DNA from: Takakia lepidozioides
Lineage: Eukaryota > Plantae > Bryophyta
DNA length: 64,000 bases
NCBI GenBank assembly: GCA_030704615.1
Contig: CM060731.1
Span: forward strand, 19,468,001 to 19,532,000
Direction of reading: 5' to 3'
Shown here: positions 13,662-27,754 of the stretch, in pieces
Layout: each line of letters starts with the position of its first letter
Position numbering within the stretch: position 1 is the stretch's first letter
Made by a program: the position numbers and the translations under genes
The notes under the pieces: generated by a model
What the model was told of the DNA's origin: nothing
Seen by the model: only the letters and a program-made list of their open reading frames with translations
The model's database searches: none

Positions 13662-16600
13662 ATGACGAGGTTGTGGAGGAGGGCGTCGTGCCTGATGCTT
13701 CTTGCGATCTGTTTGCCGCAGCTACAAGCTGTGCAGGTACTGCATTCTTCATTTGAAGTCGCGTCCTGGTTGGGGACAGAAATTTTTGAATCTGGGCTCG
13801 ACTAGCAAGTTGATTTCGGATCAGGATCCTTCAAACATGTTACTGGTCACACAGCATGGTCCAGTGAAGGGCTTGTGAGCGGTTTTGTGCCGTAGCCCTT
13901 GGGCCCGAGCTTCTCCTTTCCTACCAAGTTGGAGATTTGACTGATCACATCATTCCTCGCCAAAAGAAAACTTTTCTTCTTCCTCTTGGACAATTGTTTG
14001 CACTTAACGTCAGGTGCTTCCAGCGCCTCAATTTTCATGGCCTAGTTCAATGTTGTTGTTGTTTCGATACCTGTACTGGGTATTTGCAGGAAGCTACATT
14101 TGAGTTCGTATGTCCAAGTGTTAAACTGCAGAGGATCACTGTAAGGTTACTTAGTACTGGCAACGTGTTATTTCCCCCCTGCTCACAGCCTTCCATACCG
14201 GTGGTGATAAGCACCTGGCGGTTCGTTGAAGCGGTGCGATCGGCTGCTTGGCAAGTGATGGAGGGTGGGGGATCGGCCATCGATGCTGTAGTTCACGGCT
14301 GCTCAACCTGCGAGCGCCTCCGATGTGATGGCTCTGGTACCGACAAGACTACTCCGATATTGCTCCGTTGTCTGTATCTTATTCTTCAGAGACACATTTG
14401 ATACGCCAGTATAGATGAATCAAGCTGGATAGGATGTCTGAAGACATGATATTGTATGCCGGTCTTGATGCGCAGTGGGCTATGGTGGGAGTCCCGATGA
14501 AAATGGGGAGACGACTCTGGATGCCATGGTCATGGATGGGGTAAGACTTTGCGGGTTAGTAACTTAGCATATCATACACCTGTCGTTTGGCACTTACGGT
14601 TTCATGAGACTTACATTGTCATCTTTTCCAATGCACGGCCAAATTTTGACGGAATTGGGGATGCATATCTAGACGTGTGGCTGTCCATTGGGACAATGCT
14701 ACAACTCCTATCAATGTTTCCGTAACCAGACCTCCATACTTTCCATTCCACTGCCCACGTTACTTGACCACCACTTGAATTGGCATAGTACTGTGTATAT
14801 ACTGTCTGCCTTGCCCAATATTTTGTCTCTTCTAGGTGGTAGTTAGTCACACACTATGGTTATATGGTTCGCTGTGCTCTAGTGTTCAGGGATATAAAGA
14901 CACATAAACATAGACTCCCCCAAGCTAAGTGCTCAGGGCTGGTAGTACATGTTGCCTCATGGCTATTGGGTGTGGATTCTTGTTGGGGAAAGGGGGCTGC
15001 CAGACAAACATGAATGTAGGCGCTGTTGGAGCGCTGCGGTCGGTAAAGGGGGCTATTCAAGCCGCCAGGCTTGTTATGGATCACACAGAACACACTCTTT
15101 TGGTTGGTGATCAGGGTTCAGCATTTGCCCTCTCGCTGGGGCTCTCGGGCCCAGCTAATCTCAGCACAGAGGATTCCCTGAAGGCATGGTCCAATCATAG
15201 CTTCTGCTTATGGGTTTGGCAAGTAGCTTCTGAGATTCACCTAATTATTCTTGCAAGCTCCATGAACTGGACTTTTATCATGCATTCTTCAGTAAGATTG
15301 GAGCGATCCTGACAAATCAAATGTTGCTGCAGACTTGGTCTGTGTGGCGTCATAATGGTTGCCAACCCAATTTTTGGAGCAAGGTGATTCCCGATAGCAG
15401 TGCTTCATGTGGCCCATACAGGGTATCTGAGCTTCCAGATGGAAGGAGAAATGAGTTCCTCAAATGGGACGGCAGTGAACTCATGGCACAGACGGCAGAG
15501 AAGCTGTGCGGCTCATCAGCTGCCAAAGGCATCAGTTTCCACAATCATGATACCATATCCATGGCTGTAATAGATAAAGTGAGAATCTATTGTCCTCCCT
15601 TTGGAAATGTTTCTGTACTTTACTCTTAAGTTGCTGTGGGTGGTTGCAAGGAGAAGGTCTGCGTTTTAATAAGAGATTCACAGAGAGCGGACAATGGTAG
15701 ACTGGGATGGAGAAGCCAATATGAGGGGAGGTGGGGCTGGAGGATGAGGGCAAAAGGAAAGACATACAAATTTGACTGGTGCTATGAGCACTAGTATAAC
15801 CCACCTCCAGAAGAGATGTGCCACAGATAGATGTCTAGGGCTACAGCCTGATGGGCACCGGATGTCTTGGGTAGAGAGGACGAATAGCAGTGGGCACCTC
15901 CACAAATGGAGCTACTTTCAAAATTCCTGGCCGGTACGTGTTTCCTTTCTTTCAAGGTGGAGTGAGCACCTTGTAGGCAAGCAGGTAGATTGCAAAGAGG
16001 ACTGAATGGAACAGTAGATCTAGAAGGACATGAAACATGCATGTAAAAGCTTTGGACCAGATTAACAACACAAATTGTAGAAGAGCATCTGATTGCAGTT
16101 GGAGATTGACCCACAGCCAATTGATCTATTCGAATTTTGTCCCGGTTGCGAAAATGCAAAAGCCAGTTACCTGCCTTCCTTGTCTGCAGGGTAGGGGATG
16201 GTCCAATAGTGGGAGCAGCTGCATATGCAGATGACGAAGTAGGTGCCTGTGGAGCTACGGGTGACGGAGATATCATGATGCGGTTTCTGCCCTGGTGTGG
16301 GCCTCTTTACCCTTTCCCCCTTAGTCTACTCTGGACTTTTACTAGTTATGTTACAGGTGTGTCAAGCATGCCCACTCAGTTGAACCTTGCTGTAGGCCTT
16401 TCTCAGCATAGTGTCTGTGAAGGTAATTGTGCACAAACTTGCAGCTACCAAGTGGTGGAGAGCATGAGGCAAGGGCTGGAGCCTGACAAAGCTGCTAAGG
16501 ATGCCATTGCAAGGATAAGACGGAAATATCCCTTCTTTGTGGGTGCTCTCTTTGCTGTGAACCAGCTTGGGGTCCATGCAGGCGCTTGCCATGGTTGGGT

Positions 16601-16673
16601 TTTCGAATATTCAGTGCAAAATGGCAATATGGATGATGTAGAAGTCTTCACAGTCCACCCTGATGCCTCTTGA
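13662..16673 (+). CDS. AGA: N(4)-(beta-N-acetylglucosaminyl)-L-asparaginase (aspartylglucosaminidase), 8 exons, with signal peptide
   Basis: Exons 13662-13736, 14189-14336 (PVVISTW), 14476-14540 ([17 protein letters not shown]), 15004-15183, 15333-15578 (CQPNFW; NHDTIS autocleavage nucleophile), 15875-15933 ([14 protein letters not shown]), 16190-16294 ([16 protein letters not shown]) and 16445-16673. Splice phases are consistent. Confidence 0.93.
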
Positions 16674-18199
16674 TTTTTGGTATTAGCTTAACTTTGTCAG
16701 GACTAATTGTCATTCAGATTAAGGGCACCCCTGAAAGCTGAAGTATCTCTAAGGGGAAGGATGGGACTCTTACTTTGGCTAGCTGTCATGTCTCTGTGTA
16801 TGATTTGTGTCAAACAAATTGAACAATGGAGGTGTTTTTGGCTGGACATTGGAAGGCTCAAAAAGCTAATCTCAGTCCACAGCCATGATTCCAAAAGTTC
16901 GTTCTTGATGCTCCAAAACATCTCAATGAAAAGTGGAATGCACCACATGTACCCTTTCCAAAAATCAGTTGACTGAAACCATCTAAGGTTGTACTCTGTA
17001 GGATATGTTCAGAACTGGTTGGATAATTTTCTTTGCGAAATTTCTTGGCACATGAGCGCATGTTACTCTCATGTAGGATATCAATCATCTGCAGAAGCTA
17101 TGTGAAATATACAGGGACTAGGGCAAGGACTCCTGGACTGACCTTTTGGCAAGGAAAAGATGAGCATGTTCTGAAGATGGGCAGTCCCACTTTAAATCTG
17201 GTCAATATCATATGTGGCCATCCACAGGGGCTGAGGCAATCAGTACATGAAGCAAGGTTACAGAGGCATTTGGAGGGGGATTTTGGTTTGCTTAATTATT
17301 GAACTATTTGATGAACGGGTGGAAAGTGTACAAGGAAGTGGGCCAAGTGCTGTAAAAGGCCCAGGCAACTAAAGCTCTCTGTCAGAATATATGGAGAAAA
17401 TGGGTACAGTGCACAGCCTGTAGCAGATACAATGTCACCAGACTTGCCCCTATTCAGCAACAGCAAAGACCAACCTGAAATTTGCCCTACGAGCCAGCTT
17501 TAGTCAACTGGAGTGGCAGGACTAAGGTAGTGGTATCTAGAAGTGTGCTTTTAAAGCAGTGTGCAATGCTCAAAGGGTGCAGTGTCCACAAAAATTACAT
17601 GAGTTGAATAGCAAATGAAGCAACAATCTGTTGTGTAAAGCACATAATTTTCCAATCACTGATGTATTATATATGAATTATCAAAGTCAAAGTACATATT
17701 ATCATATTATCCCACTTCTGCTCAGTAGGTCTCTCTTGTAATGCCATACATTGTTCCTTGATAGCTTAAAGATGCCATGAGTGCACAAGGTGTGCACCTA
17801 CACCTTTCCCAAAAAATTACCAAAACCAGGCCATGTGTGAGCCCAGATGTACCTACCTCCCAATAGGAAAACCGTGCATCTACCTATGGAAGGACCCATA
17901 ACTTACCTTGCATGGATCACAACTTGTGTAAAATCTGACCATACCGGTATCAAGTAGAACCCCGAAATCTGCCCTGAGATGACCTACAAATCCTCAAACA
18001 TGGCCATCTCAGAACGTTAAAGTAGCCGTCCCGTAGACACACCTGGAAGACTCCAGAGCTCCCTCATTTCCCATTCTCCCGCCATTCCAAGGCAACTCCC
18101 GCCGCAGACCTGCTCCTCTTTGTTTGTGGACTTCAGGGTGCCTTAAGTTATGCATGCTCTCACTGCGATCCGTCGATCACACCCCTATGTGGTGTGGGA

Positions 18200-21100
18200 C
18201 CCCATGTAACTGATGCCCGTGTGCCCAGCTAGGAGCCACGGTGACGAATTGGCTGGTGTCTTCACCATTTTTCTTTGCTCGACGTCACCGGATTGCCATG
18301 GCTTGGTTAAACCTGCATATGTTCGGAATCGATCCACAGAACGGGGCATGGTGCCTGATGGGCCCTCCCAACCTCATCAATGCCTGCAGGCGATCGCCAT
18401 ACTCCCCCAATGCCTTTGTTTGTCCACTGTGCGTCATATGCTTTCTTTGTTGCCGCTTCTTCCTTCCTGATCCGAGTCGCCTCTTGCTTGGCTAATTTTC
18501 TGCTACCCTCTTCTCCCGTGCAATGCGCTGGTCCTCGTGTTTCTTCTCTTTGGCTGTAATTGCTTCCGCCTTGAATCGTGCTTTCTGCTCAAGAAAATTG
18601 ACGTAGTTGTCGCTGGTCATAATTATGGATTTGGAGTAATCGATTAACACTTGTCTATCTTGAGTCGTTCGTCTTGATCTAGTGGGTGCAGGAGCCTCGG
18701 GAAGGGTGAGAAACATGGCTATACTAGTGGGACCCGTGAATGCGAGCATCGAGAGCTCCCTGTCTGGGGCAAGTGGTTGGGATTCCTGGCTGCTCTCATC
18801 ATTAGGGGCCTGACCTGTGGGCCCGTCATCATCCTCCATATGCACATAGTAGTGCATACATTCCTCTTGGGTTTCGGGAACCATGTTGCCTATCACCTCT
18901 TCAATGGCTGGATCTGGTTGCTCGTCCTCATGTGACTGATTGTGATTTTGATCTGTTACAGGTGGATCTTGTGCAAAAGTAGATAATGGCCCTATCTTGT
19001 TTGCCATTGCAGTAGGCCGCAGAGGCCAGATCCCGGTGGTGGAGAATATTTTTTTAATGTTGACTTCTGCCTTCTTCAATCCCAAAGAAACCCATTGCGT
19101 CAGATTCTCTTTCTTTGCGGGCTTCCCTTTGTTTGTTATACTCCATACGTCCCTATAGTTTCGAAATGCAGTCTTGAAGGGCTTGAATGCAGAGACATCC
19201 AGAAGTTGCAGTGCGTGCGACGTATGGGATGACAACGTGATCAGATCGAGTCCAACTGACCTAGCTTGGTGAACAACATTGATTATGACATGGCTGTTAT
19301 GGCCGTCACTACAGCAAATGGGGGGGGGGGGGGGGGGTTGCAACGCCAGCCGCACCCCCACACCTTGCGCGGCGCTAAGCCCGCGACACCGAGCCCGCGA
19401 CGTTTTTTTGCGACGCCCCGGCGTCGCGATCCCCCACTGCGACACCATTACGACGCCCAGCCGTCGTAAGGTGGCATGAAGGGGGAAATAGAGCCCTCGT
19501 TGCGACGGATTTTTTTTCTTGCGACGCCCCGGCGTCGGAAATCCAAATATATATATATATATATATATGTATATGTTTTTTTTTTTTTTTGACGTTGCGA
19601 CGCCTCGGCGTTGCAAAAGCGTCACTAAGGGCGCCCCAGCGCCTCTGCGACGCCAGGGCGTCGCAACAGCATCACCACAATGGGAGTTTGTTTTTTTTGT
19701 TTTTTTGGGCTTTGCGACCCTCAACTTCACAAAAGTGTCGCTGAGGGCACCCCGCGCTGGGACGCCCAACGTTGCGACGCCAATGGGTCGCAACGGCGTC
19801 GCCACAGGGGGTCACAATGGTGTTGTGGTCAGCTTAGGTTATCACAAAGACGTCGCTTGGGGCGCCTGACGGTGGGGAGATGCAACAACGGCAACGACGC
19901 TGGGGCTGGGGCTGGGGCTGGGGCACTAAGGCTGTGGAGGTTGCAACTCCCCGGCGTCACAAGAGAGACCCCTTTAGAAGGAACTTAAAGGAACTTGAAG
20001 GAACTTGAAGAAAATCTTTATATGTATATATGTATATATATATATATATTTTTAGATTGCTTTTGTGATACATAGATGTAGCGTAGGTGTGTTGGTTAGT
20101 TTGTAGTGTCTTAGAAAGGTTATAACGTGGAGGTCTTAGGTTCAAGTATGCATTGCATGATATATGTAGAACAATGAACATATCGCCATTAGACAGAACC
20201 AGAGTCAATGGTCAACGCCGGAGTCAATGGTCAACAAGTTTTTGAAATTTAAATTTTCCCGCCTAAATTCAAATGTACCCCCTTAAATTGTGACGTCCGG
20301 GCGTCGCACTTTGCGACCCCCGGACGGTGCTAATTCTGCATTGCAGAGTAGGCGTCTTTTTTTTTTTTTTTTTTTCCCCCGACGCCCAAGCGTCGCAAAT
20401 CGCGGTTTTGCCTATTTGCGACCCCCATTGGTCGCAAATTTACGACGTTTTTTTGGCGACGGGCTTGCGACGCCCGGGCGTCGCAAAATTTGGTTTTTCC
20501 CCCCTGCCCGAAAAGGGCTGTTTTACAACGCTGCGGCATCGAAAACCCCCCCATTTTCCTGTAGTGCGTCAAGAATCAGCAGATGTCTCATCTCCTCTGT
20601 AATCTCGTTCCCCATGTCTCTAACTGATGCAAGAAAATGTGTGATCCATTTAGAGAATATGATCCCTGTCATCCATGCTTTTGGTTGCATTGCCATTGTG
20701 GCCCCCGTCTCACATGTCTCAATGTAATTACGACGAAAGTGTTTGCCTTTGAAAATGTAAAAAATAAGAATTGAACTACCTACTGCATTAATGCAAGTCA
20801 ATACGGAGAGCCGACTCCCTCTCATCTGCACAAATGGAGTGCACCATGCGAGATCTAGTCTTGGCCAGCACTCTGGCCCCGCCATTTCTTCCTGCCTGCG
20901 CCCCCGACTCGTCACAGTTCCAAATCCGCTCTTGGTCGTAGTTGTTTTTGTTGTATAAATCGCCTAGGTTAGTGTAGAAGCTGTCAACGTTCTCTTGGCC
21001 CTTCCTACTCCAGACCTTGAGCAACTCGTAGGTTTAGATGAGGGTGTCTCTTCCTAAACCAGCGTAGCCATCCAAAACCAGGTATTCCATTGACGAACGG

Positions 21101-21830
21101 TGTAATCCTTAGCTGACAGATCTCTGCCACCTTCAATCTGATCTGAATTAGTGTCAATGGGTGCCCCACATCCCGCATTCTCTCAATGTATGCTACCAAC
21201 AATCGTTCTTCTTCATCAGTCATAACTCTGTGTTTGCCATGACGTCTGCTACGAATGGTTCCATACATGTGGACCCGTAGAGTAGCTGCAGGTATGGTGA
21301 ATTGCCTTGCAGCACCCCAGATTGACGACCCAGCCTTGATTGCTGCCAAGGCGCTAGCAAGAGCTTGGTCGAGCTCCTGATCTGGTACGTGAGTTGATCC
21401 CTTCCCCGCTGCATATCTGGTACGTGAGTTGATCCCTTCCCGGGCTGCATATAATTGGGGCCCTCCATAATTCCTTGCAGGTGTTTGCTGGGATGCTTGT
21501 CCCGAGACTGGAGTTACGTCGATTGGTGGTGGGGACTCCTTAGCAGGTGCCTGATCTGGAACTATAGCCGGTCCTTCGACTCTAGCTGCATAAATGCACT
21601 TCCGTCCACTCCTCGGCCAGGTCTTGTGCCCATGCAAAATTCTCATATTCATCGTCCTCAGACCCCTCGCCTCTTTGCCCTGGCTGCTATGTAGTACCTC
21701 TAGATTCCTCACTCTCACAATCACTACTATCATTATCGTGTTCTTGGGTAGCATTGTGTTCCTCCTCTGTGTCTGGTAGTAATCTGAATGCCTGGCTAGG
21801 ACGGAAATCCATGTCCATCGCTCCACGAAT
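18200..21830 (-). mobile_element. pogo/Tigger-type (Tc1-mariner superfamily) transposase remnant, interrupted by a CACTA element
   Basis: psq-type HTH (AIKAGSSIWGAARQFTIPAATLR), CENP-B HTH (EEERLLVAYI) and DDD triad IWNCDESG / LLILD-GHNSH / LQLLDVSAFKPFK. Frameshifted; termini not located, so ends are approximate. Confidence 0.85.
19307..20566. mobile_element. Non-autonomous CACTA (En/Spm) element, 1260 bp
   Basis: Termini CACTACAGCAAATGGGGGG ... CCCCCCATTTTCCTGTAGTG, 3-bp TSD CGT (19304-19306, 20567-20569) and many subterminal GCGACGCC/GGCGTCGC repeats. Confidence 0.95.
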
Positions 21831-22689
21831 TGCTATTGTAGTAAACTGAAGCGTGTTAAAATGTATGCACTGTAGCAGTATATAAAGTGAACCATGCATC
21901 CTATTTGCATTCATGCCTGACTGCTGTATTAACTGGCCGTTGTCCCAAAACACCCGCCTCCACTTTAAAAAACAAATGAGGAATTTGAAATGAAAATCAT
22001 TAGTCGGTTGTTTAATTAGCTTCACTAATCCAACATTAATTAAGCCCCTTGTACTCCAAAAACACCCCATACTGTACCTAATCCAAAGTAATAATTAACC
22101 TTGAACTACCTCCATTGCAAAAGTGCACAGTTCTAGGATGAAAAGGGTGACTTCATTCATAAAAAATAGGAGACAAAAAAAGGCAACACACACTTTTAGA
22201 TGCCATTACCTTAGGGTAATAGGGATTCACTTCTCAGCTCGTTTTTGGTTCCGCAGAACTTCACGGGATCTTGTGGATTATTGTACACAAAATATTGTTG
22301 GAAAACAATAGGAATAATGTAAGAACTTAATGCTCCGACAGTAGTTTCGTTGGATTTAAGTACCGTAGTGGGATAGCCGGTTAGGCAGAAATTAATTCGA
22401 AAAAAAAGTGCCTAATCAGAATAAATTGACAAGAGTGCCTAATTTTCAAAAATTTCTCTAAAAGTGCCTATGGTATAAAAACTTGAATTTAAATTAGAAA
22501 AACGAATATAAAATTTAAAAAAAATCTAAAGTGATATTCATTTAAAACGTCATCCATGGACTCAATTTTCAATTTTCATCCATGGCAGCGGCTGTATTTA
22601 TATTTTTTTTGTGTTTATTTTGTGGTCATTATTTTTAGTTGCTTAATTTGGAAAAATCCAACCTCTTCTTCCTTCCATAATTAGGGCTG

Positions 22690-24118
22690 GGCAAGCAGGT
22701 TTTGTCAAAGGTAGGTATATCCTTGACAACGTTCTCTTGGCCTAGGAAGCCGCTAGCTTCGTGTCCAAATCTGGTCAGGCTCTAGCTCTCTGGCTCTTTG
22801 ACTTTGAGAAAGCATTCGATAGGGTAGATTGGATTTTCTTAGGGCAGCTCTCAAAAAATCAGGACTCCCGCCCAGCTTCTGTCAAGGGGTTCAAATTCTC
22901 TTGCAGGGAGCCACCAGCAGAATCCTAGTTAATGGTCACCTCTCGAAGGCCTTCCCACTCCAGAGGTTAATTAGACAGGGGTGTCCTCTCGCCCCCTTCC
23001 TGTTTCTCTTTGTGGCTGACGCTCTGGGATATATGCTACAAGCCAACCCGCAAGTAAAAGGTCTGAAGCTAAGAAACCCAAAAACCCAATAATGTAGCGA
23101 GGTTAAAGATTCCATGTTCGTCGATGATACCTTCCCTCTGCTGGAAGCAAATCAATCCTCTCTAGCAGCAGCTCAAGAAACTCTGGCTCGGTTCTGCGCA
23201 GTCTCTGGATTCAGGGTTAATTGGTCCAAAACTAAGGCATTGCTTCTTGGAGACCTCTCCAAATCTGGCATTAGAACCTCTCCCTCTTGGGGGGATCACC
23301 TGGGCCTTGTATGGCTCAAAGAGGGGGAGCCCACCACCCTGCTTGGTCACACATTAACCTCTCCGAAGACCAGAGGCTGGGGCCTACAATCCAAAAACTC
23401 AAACGCCAACTTGCTTATTGGGGTTCGTGCCATCTATCTATCACAGGAAGAGCTCTTGTAGCTAACTAGGTCATTATGACTGGAGTTTGGTTTTTCGCCT
23501 CCTCTTGGGGTCCAGAGTCAAAGATCATCAAGGAAGTCAAGCGCCTGGTCAGGAATTTCATCTGGGGGGCAGGTAACTCCACCAAAAAAAAAAGACCCCA
23601 AATCTTTTGGGCTCAAATCTGTCTCCCCAAAAGAATGGGAGGCTTGGAGGTCCTTGATCCAGAAAAGCAAATCAAAGCTCTCCTTGGAAAATGGCTTCCA
23701 AGATACATAGGGCCGGAGGGGGGCTAGTGGAAGATGATGATCTCTACCACAATTCACAATTCAACACCCCTGCAGCATGTTCCCTGGTTTGCTTAAGATC
23801 GATGGATTGTGCAGGGATTTAACCACAAATCCCCGAGATCACCTCTCTGGTCCTCTATATGGAAATCATGGAACTGCCTAAGACCGTTCCTAACAAAACA
23901 GGAGCCTACGACATTTCAGAAGATATTAAGACAATATTTGTTTCTCAATAATCATTGCCCTCCTATAGCTGAACGTGCTTTAGCTAAGAAGTGGGCAGCT
24001 TGGGAGACGAGAGGTTTCTACACGATCAACCACTGAATCCCTTCAGCTTGCTCTAGTTGGGGCTAACTGTCTCATCTCTGGTATTTCTCAAATTATCTTT
24101 TCCATCCCTAATGCTTGG
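22690..24118 (+). mobile_element. L1-type LINE ORF2 remnant, first half (5'-truncated)
   Basis: GFVKGRYILDNV, DFEKAFDRVDW, RQGCPLAPFLF and MFVDDT RT motifs with stops and frameshifts; ends ..FSIPNAW at a TSD. Confidence 0.9.
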
Positions 24119-27100
24119 TGAGGAGCCCTGGGCGTGCGCGGTCAAGGTGACGGCATAGTAGTCTAGGGGGGTCATGGTAAGTTGCGGTGTAGGTTGGGCT
24201 CACTGAACCGCCTACCTGACTGCGGTTAGTGCATGGGGTCCGTGGTCGTACATGGTGGCTATGATCACTATCTAAGTCCTACCTGCAAAGAGAAATCACG
24301 TACTCCTCTTCACAGGGCGAGTTTGTGTTTCTAAGTCCTACGGTATCCTACAATCTACTCAGTAACTGCCTTCCAAGTCTTTGTGTTTTATTGTCTAATT
24401 CCTACCGCCTAGGCCCCCGAACCGCCTATAGCCGGGACATGTTTTAATCCCTTCACAAGGCACCTGCCGAGCCTAGGAAGACGAGGGAAAATCTTCCTCT
24501 CCCAATGCCCCTCCTTTGCCGAGGGCTTGAGTTCAAGTCACCTCTAATGGAAGGGCCAACGCTTCCTACACCAATGCATAAATACTTTGTTTTAGCAAAG
24601 GAGTGGCCAAAATGCCTATCATTATCCAATAGGTTCACCAAGTTCAAGGTGGTTCTAAGCCCCTCAACTCAACAAGTTCAATCAGTTTAATCAACGCCCT
24701 GCAGGCTATAACAAGCACCACGTGCATCTATCCTATTTAAGCAATTTCGCAAATCAGAAATGCTGGAAAATAAAAAAAATTAAGAAAATCAGAAAAAAAT
24801 ACCTCCCCTGTGGGAAATCATGTGGGGAATCCAAAGATACCCTTGGCGCCTAAAGATGCCCTTGGGAACCATGTGGGAACCCAGTGAGAACAGAGGAACA
24901 CCCGGGAATCGTTCCTTGTCGCGGGGAACTGTCGCGGCTCTATCGGATGAATGAATCTCGCTGAGAGCTCATCCCTGCCACTACATTCGTTAGTCCAGAA
25001 CATGCATGCATAAATAATAAAATAACCACCGGTGGGTCCAAGCCAGATTTCACCCCCTTACATTATTTTAAGGCACTGGTGCGCTTTCCCTCCGTGGAAA
25101 AAATCATCTTCTACCTTGGCTCTGACACAAAGGCTCACTGTAGCCGAGTTTTTAGGACATAGTACTTTCTCTCCTCCCTTGTCTCTCGAGGTCTCCGCCT
25201 CTAGCTCACTGCTCCCAGGCCCGCTTGGCTATTTCATGGAGTCCTAAGAACACTCCCTTCCAAGGTCGTCCTCCCAAAATCCTAGATTTTACCTACCACT
25301 GGCGCCTTAGATAATGGCTCCTAATCCTTAGATGGGTATAAATTGAATCTAATAGCTTGTCAAGTTAAATAAGCACAGTGTGAAAACAGCTAGAATAAAA
25401 CTAGTTATTTATATTTAACACTTGGATTTAGGTCAAGTGTTAAATCAGGTGTCAAGTTTAGTTTGACACCTGGTCCGTCTTATCTTCACGAGAGCGGCAG
25501 TCGCGCAGCTCATCTCTCTCGAGTTGAGCCTGCGCGACCAAGCTCCTGCATGCGTTTAGATTTGAGTGTGCTTATGTAGGGGTACAGGTTGTTGTGGGGT
25601 GGAGTCCCCATAGCTTGGGGTGCCCCTGGCTCGACTACTGTTTTAAAGAGTGATGGTTTGGTTTTCATGTTTTGTGTCAACAGTGTGTTCGTTGGTTTTC
25701 TATCACTCGAGAGAGATGATCTCTTACCTGTGAGTGCAAGGTAGGAGTTGAGGGTTAGCACTTGCAAGATTACCTGTGTGTAAGTAGTGCTTAGTTTGAG
25801 AAGCATATCATTGAATGTGACCACAAGATTCAGCGTGCCCTGAAACGCCTGGAGGATGACGATGCCGGAGCCGCCACTGTTATTACAGTCGCTGAAGCTA
25901 CCAAGTCACCAGAGGCTTTGGAGTACACAAGGAGAGACTTAAAAATGCAGCATGGAGCAGCACTGGCAAGCTGTGAACGCTGATATCTGCACTACCACAA
26001 CGTCCCTAGGATGAATACAAAGTGCCTGGAGTGAAATGGATAGCTGGAGAGCTGCTCAGGCCCATACATTTTGGGAGTTAAAAGTCACATCTGTATGTTG
26101 AAGGCCCAATTCGCCAATGTGCGGAAGAGTGTGGGCATCCGAGTTTTCTAGGAAAGGAGGCCAGTGCTTGGGAAAAGCTGGCTACAAGTTTTGGAGCAGG
26201 TGACGGCCAGGCCTGCGGTACTTTGAAGACGATGATGTAGAGCTTGAAGAGGGTCTGGTTTCGTTGTTGGGGAAGTAGGTGGTACGGGCATGGAATCTGG
26301 AGGACCCCGGCTTGTACGTGGAGAGTTTCGATGTGCTCTTCCCGATCTTGCTTTCAGATGCCTTAGTTGGGTTGTGCGTTTGTTGAAAGGCCAGCTTCCG
26401 GTATAAAGATGCGGGTGTGGACTCTTCAAAGTAGTGGAGAGAAATGCGGGGAGCAGAGGTGCAAAGGGTGATCAAACTGAATGGACGGAGGGGCAACATT
26501 CTTGAGCATAGGATTTGAAGAAATGTTGTGTGATCGATGTGGAGGAGAACACGTAAGCTTATTTTATTCAAACTTTGCCGAGGCCCGTAGTAGAAGTTAG
26601 CTCAACAGCGTGGTGATGAAGGTTTTGGTGGGCACTTCAAGAGAGACGGACAGGTACATATGATATCCATTGTCAACCTGAACTAGATTTGAAAGTGGAT
26701 GGTTCAGATTAGAGTTAAGGATAACTTCAGAGCAGAAGAGCATGGAAGAGCCAAGAACGGTTTCAGTTGCAGAATGGAGAGGAGGTGTTAGTTCTGGCCA
26801 TGGTTCACTAGCTTCGCCGAAGCGAGGAGGGAAGGAGGAAAAGGCAGGAAAATGTCCTCACCAGGTTGTTCGTCATTGACTTGCATGCCACCTCCCCAGC
26901 TAACTTGCACAGTGGCAACGTTCAGGCCATGGAAGTTGCCGAGCTCACTCAGCGGGTGACATCACTTGAGAAGCGTTAAGCTCGGTACCGGCAAGTCTTG
27001 CAGCCAAGATCTCGAATTGAATCGCCAGGCTGGAGATTATGTGCGGTGAAAGTGGCAGAGAAGGTGGCCCGTCTAGAAATCTATGGCGCGCGACGTGCTG

Positions 27101-27480
27101 CCCTTTCTATTCCGAGTTGCTACTGTTACCAACCTTCACACGCAGCGTGCACTCTACCTAGTTCCACCGATATTCAGTCAAGAAGTTTTGGAGTGAAGGT
27201 TCTAGGTTTCCTGGCTTCTATTATCTAACAGGCTTTCGGAGAGCTGGGCAGAGCCGGGTGGTAAGATCACTCCGTTTCGGATCATCCTGGCAAGATGTAG
27301 AGTTTGCAGTCACAAAACACAGAGAGACAGAAATGCTCGAGTTGTCAGCGATTTCGTCCCTGAAGCCGAATTCGTGAAGCTTCTTCCGAGCTCTCTCGCT
27401 TCCATCATTGCAACAACAAACCACATAGTTTCGACTGGGTCACATTCTGGAGAAACGACTCCTTGATCAGTCCAGATCCT

Positions 27481-27754
<274 letters not shown>

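Noticed and set aside
18492-19805. 437-aa ORF as a gene
   Set aside because: It is a chance fusion of CACTA subterminal repeats with the distal half of the pogo transposase.
19340-20490. Palindromic GCGACGCC repeats as a CRISPR-like array
   Set aside because: Spacing and orientation are irregular, and they lie inside CACTA termini, so they are subterminal repeats.
21381-21441. Short (~35-bp period) tandem duplication in the transposase N-terminus
   Set aside because: A minor slippage event in a dead element.
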